Source: Candidatus Omnitrophota bacterium (lineage in GTDB: Bacteria; Omnitrophota; Gorgyraeia; Zapsychrales; Zapsychraceae). From it: 64,000 nt of DNA. The letters are not shown here. Numbering within the stretch: the first letter of the stretch is position 1. The stretch lies in NCBI GenBank assembly GCA_015233405.1, contig JADFXT010000008.1:11250-75249 (forward strand), in the 5' to 3' direction. Below are more notes on the stretch, generated by a model. That model was not told where the DNA came from. It did not search any database and was given only the letters and a program-made list of their open reading frames with translations.

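Noticed and set aside
63764-63766. GTG taken by the ORF track as the start of the giant ORF.
   Set aside because: The frame remains open upstream to the window edge. The upstream residues (...VAVRSSATVEDLKGYGGAGEALTKIN) are the conserved core of the same PEP/pyruvate-binding domain, so the real start is outside the window.
12044-63863. Dozens of 60-157 aa ORFs in the other five frames overlapping the giant ORF, for example 37419-37892, 12044-12496 and 37004-37414 (+) and 36868-37230 (-).
   Set aside because: They have low-complexity, unprotein-like compositions and no recognisable motifs, and all are nested within a frame carrying strong homology-type signal. They are what off-frame and antisense reading of a long CDS would produce.
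11573-64000. Stop-codon reassignment or an alternative genetic code as the explanation for the 52-kb ORF.
   Set aside because: The ORF is open under the standard code, with no TAA, TAG or TGA in frame. Neighbouring genes terminate normally on TAA and the giant ORF itself ends on TAG. No recoding is needed or indicated.
1-64000. Prophage, integrative element, rRNA/tRNA genes, or a toxin or defence island.
   Set aside because: I saw no integrase, transposase, phage structural, cas, or RNA-gene signatures in any frame. Apart from mutS and mutL, the window is occupied by three large or secreted proteins.

Overview
This 64 kb window comes from an AT-rich genome that looks like an uncultivated bacterium; lineage is inference only, though the gene style and hairpin repeats resemble Omnitrophota or other candidate phyla. 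I can support five genes. (1) 1-4706 (-) is a secreted protein of unknown function made of tandem ~1.68-kb coding repeats. It runs off the window start and is missing from the ORF track because it has no stop in the window. (2) 5102-6385 (-) encodes a signal-peptide, TPR and coiled-coil protein. (3) mutS is at 6612-9233 (+). (4) mutL is at 9460-11280 (+) and carries an in-frame hairpin-repeat insertion in its linker. (5) A single uninterrupted minus-strand ORF runs from the TAG at 11573 to the window edge at 64000, at least 17,475 codons and 82% of the window, with its true start beyond the window. This giant ORF is not an adhesin or repeat protein. It is an in-frame concatenation of about 30 normally free-standing enzymes: PEP-utilising domains, cytidine/dCMP deaminase, four LOG-type domains, three uridine-kinase-like P-loop modules, a Dus-like barrel, GNATs, a glycosidase with a Tat-like signal, histidine phosphatase, FGGY kinase, malate dehydrogenase, sugar-phosphate transferase, an Rpe-like barrel, an adenosine-deaminase-like domain, HD, CoaE-like and radical SAM. 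These are interleaved with dozens of transmembrane helices, three intramembrane protease families (M50, CPBP, rhomboid) and recurring HExxH junction modules. The working hypothesis is a membrane-threaded, self-processing bacterial polyprotein with a nucleoside-salvage and pentose theme. Intergenic spaces and two coding regions hold a family of REP/MITE-like hairpin elements. I saw no rRNA, tRNA, CRISPR, transposase or phage genes. Amino-acid numbers for the giant ORF follow the ORF-track protein (aa1 = 63766). I counted the protein to exactly 17,397 aa and checked the nucleotide conversion at several DNA anchors.
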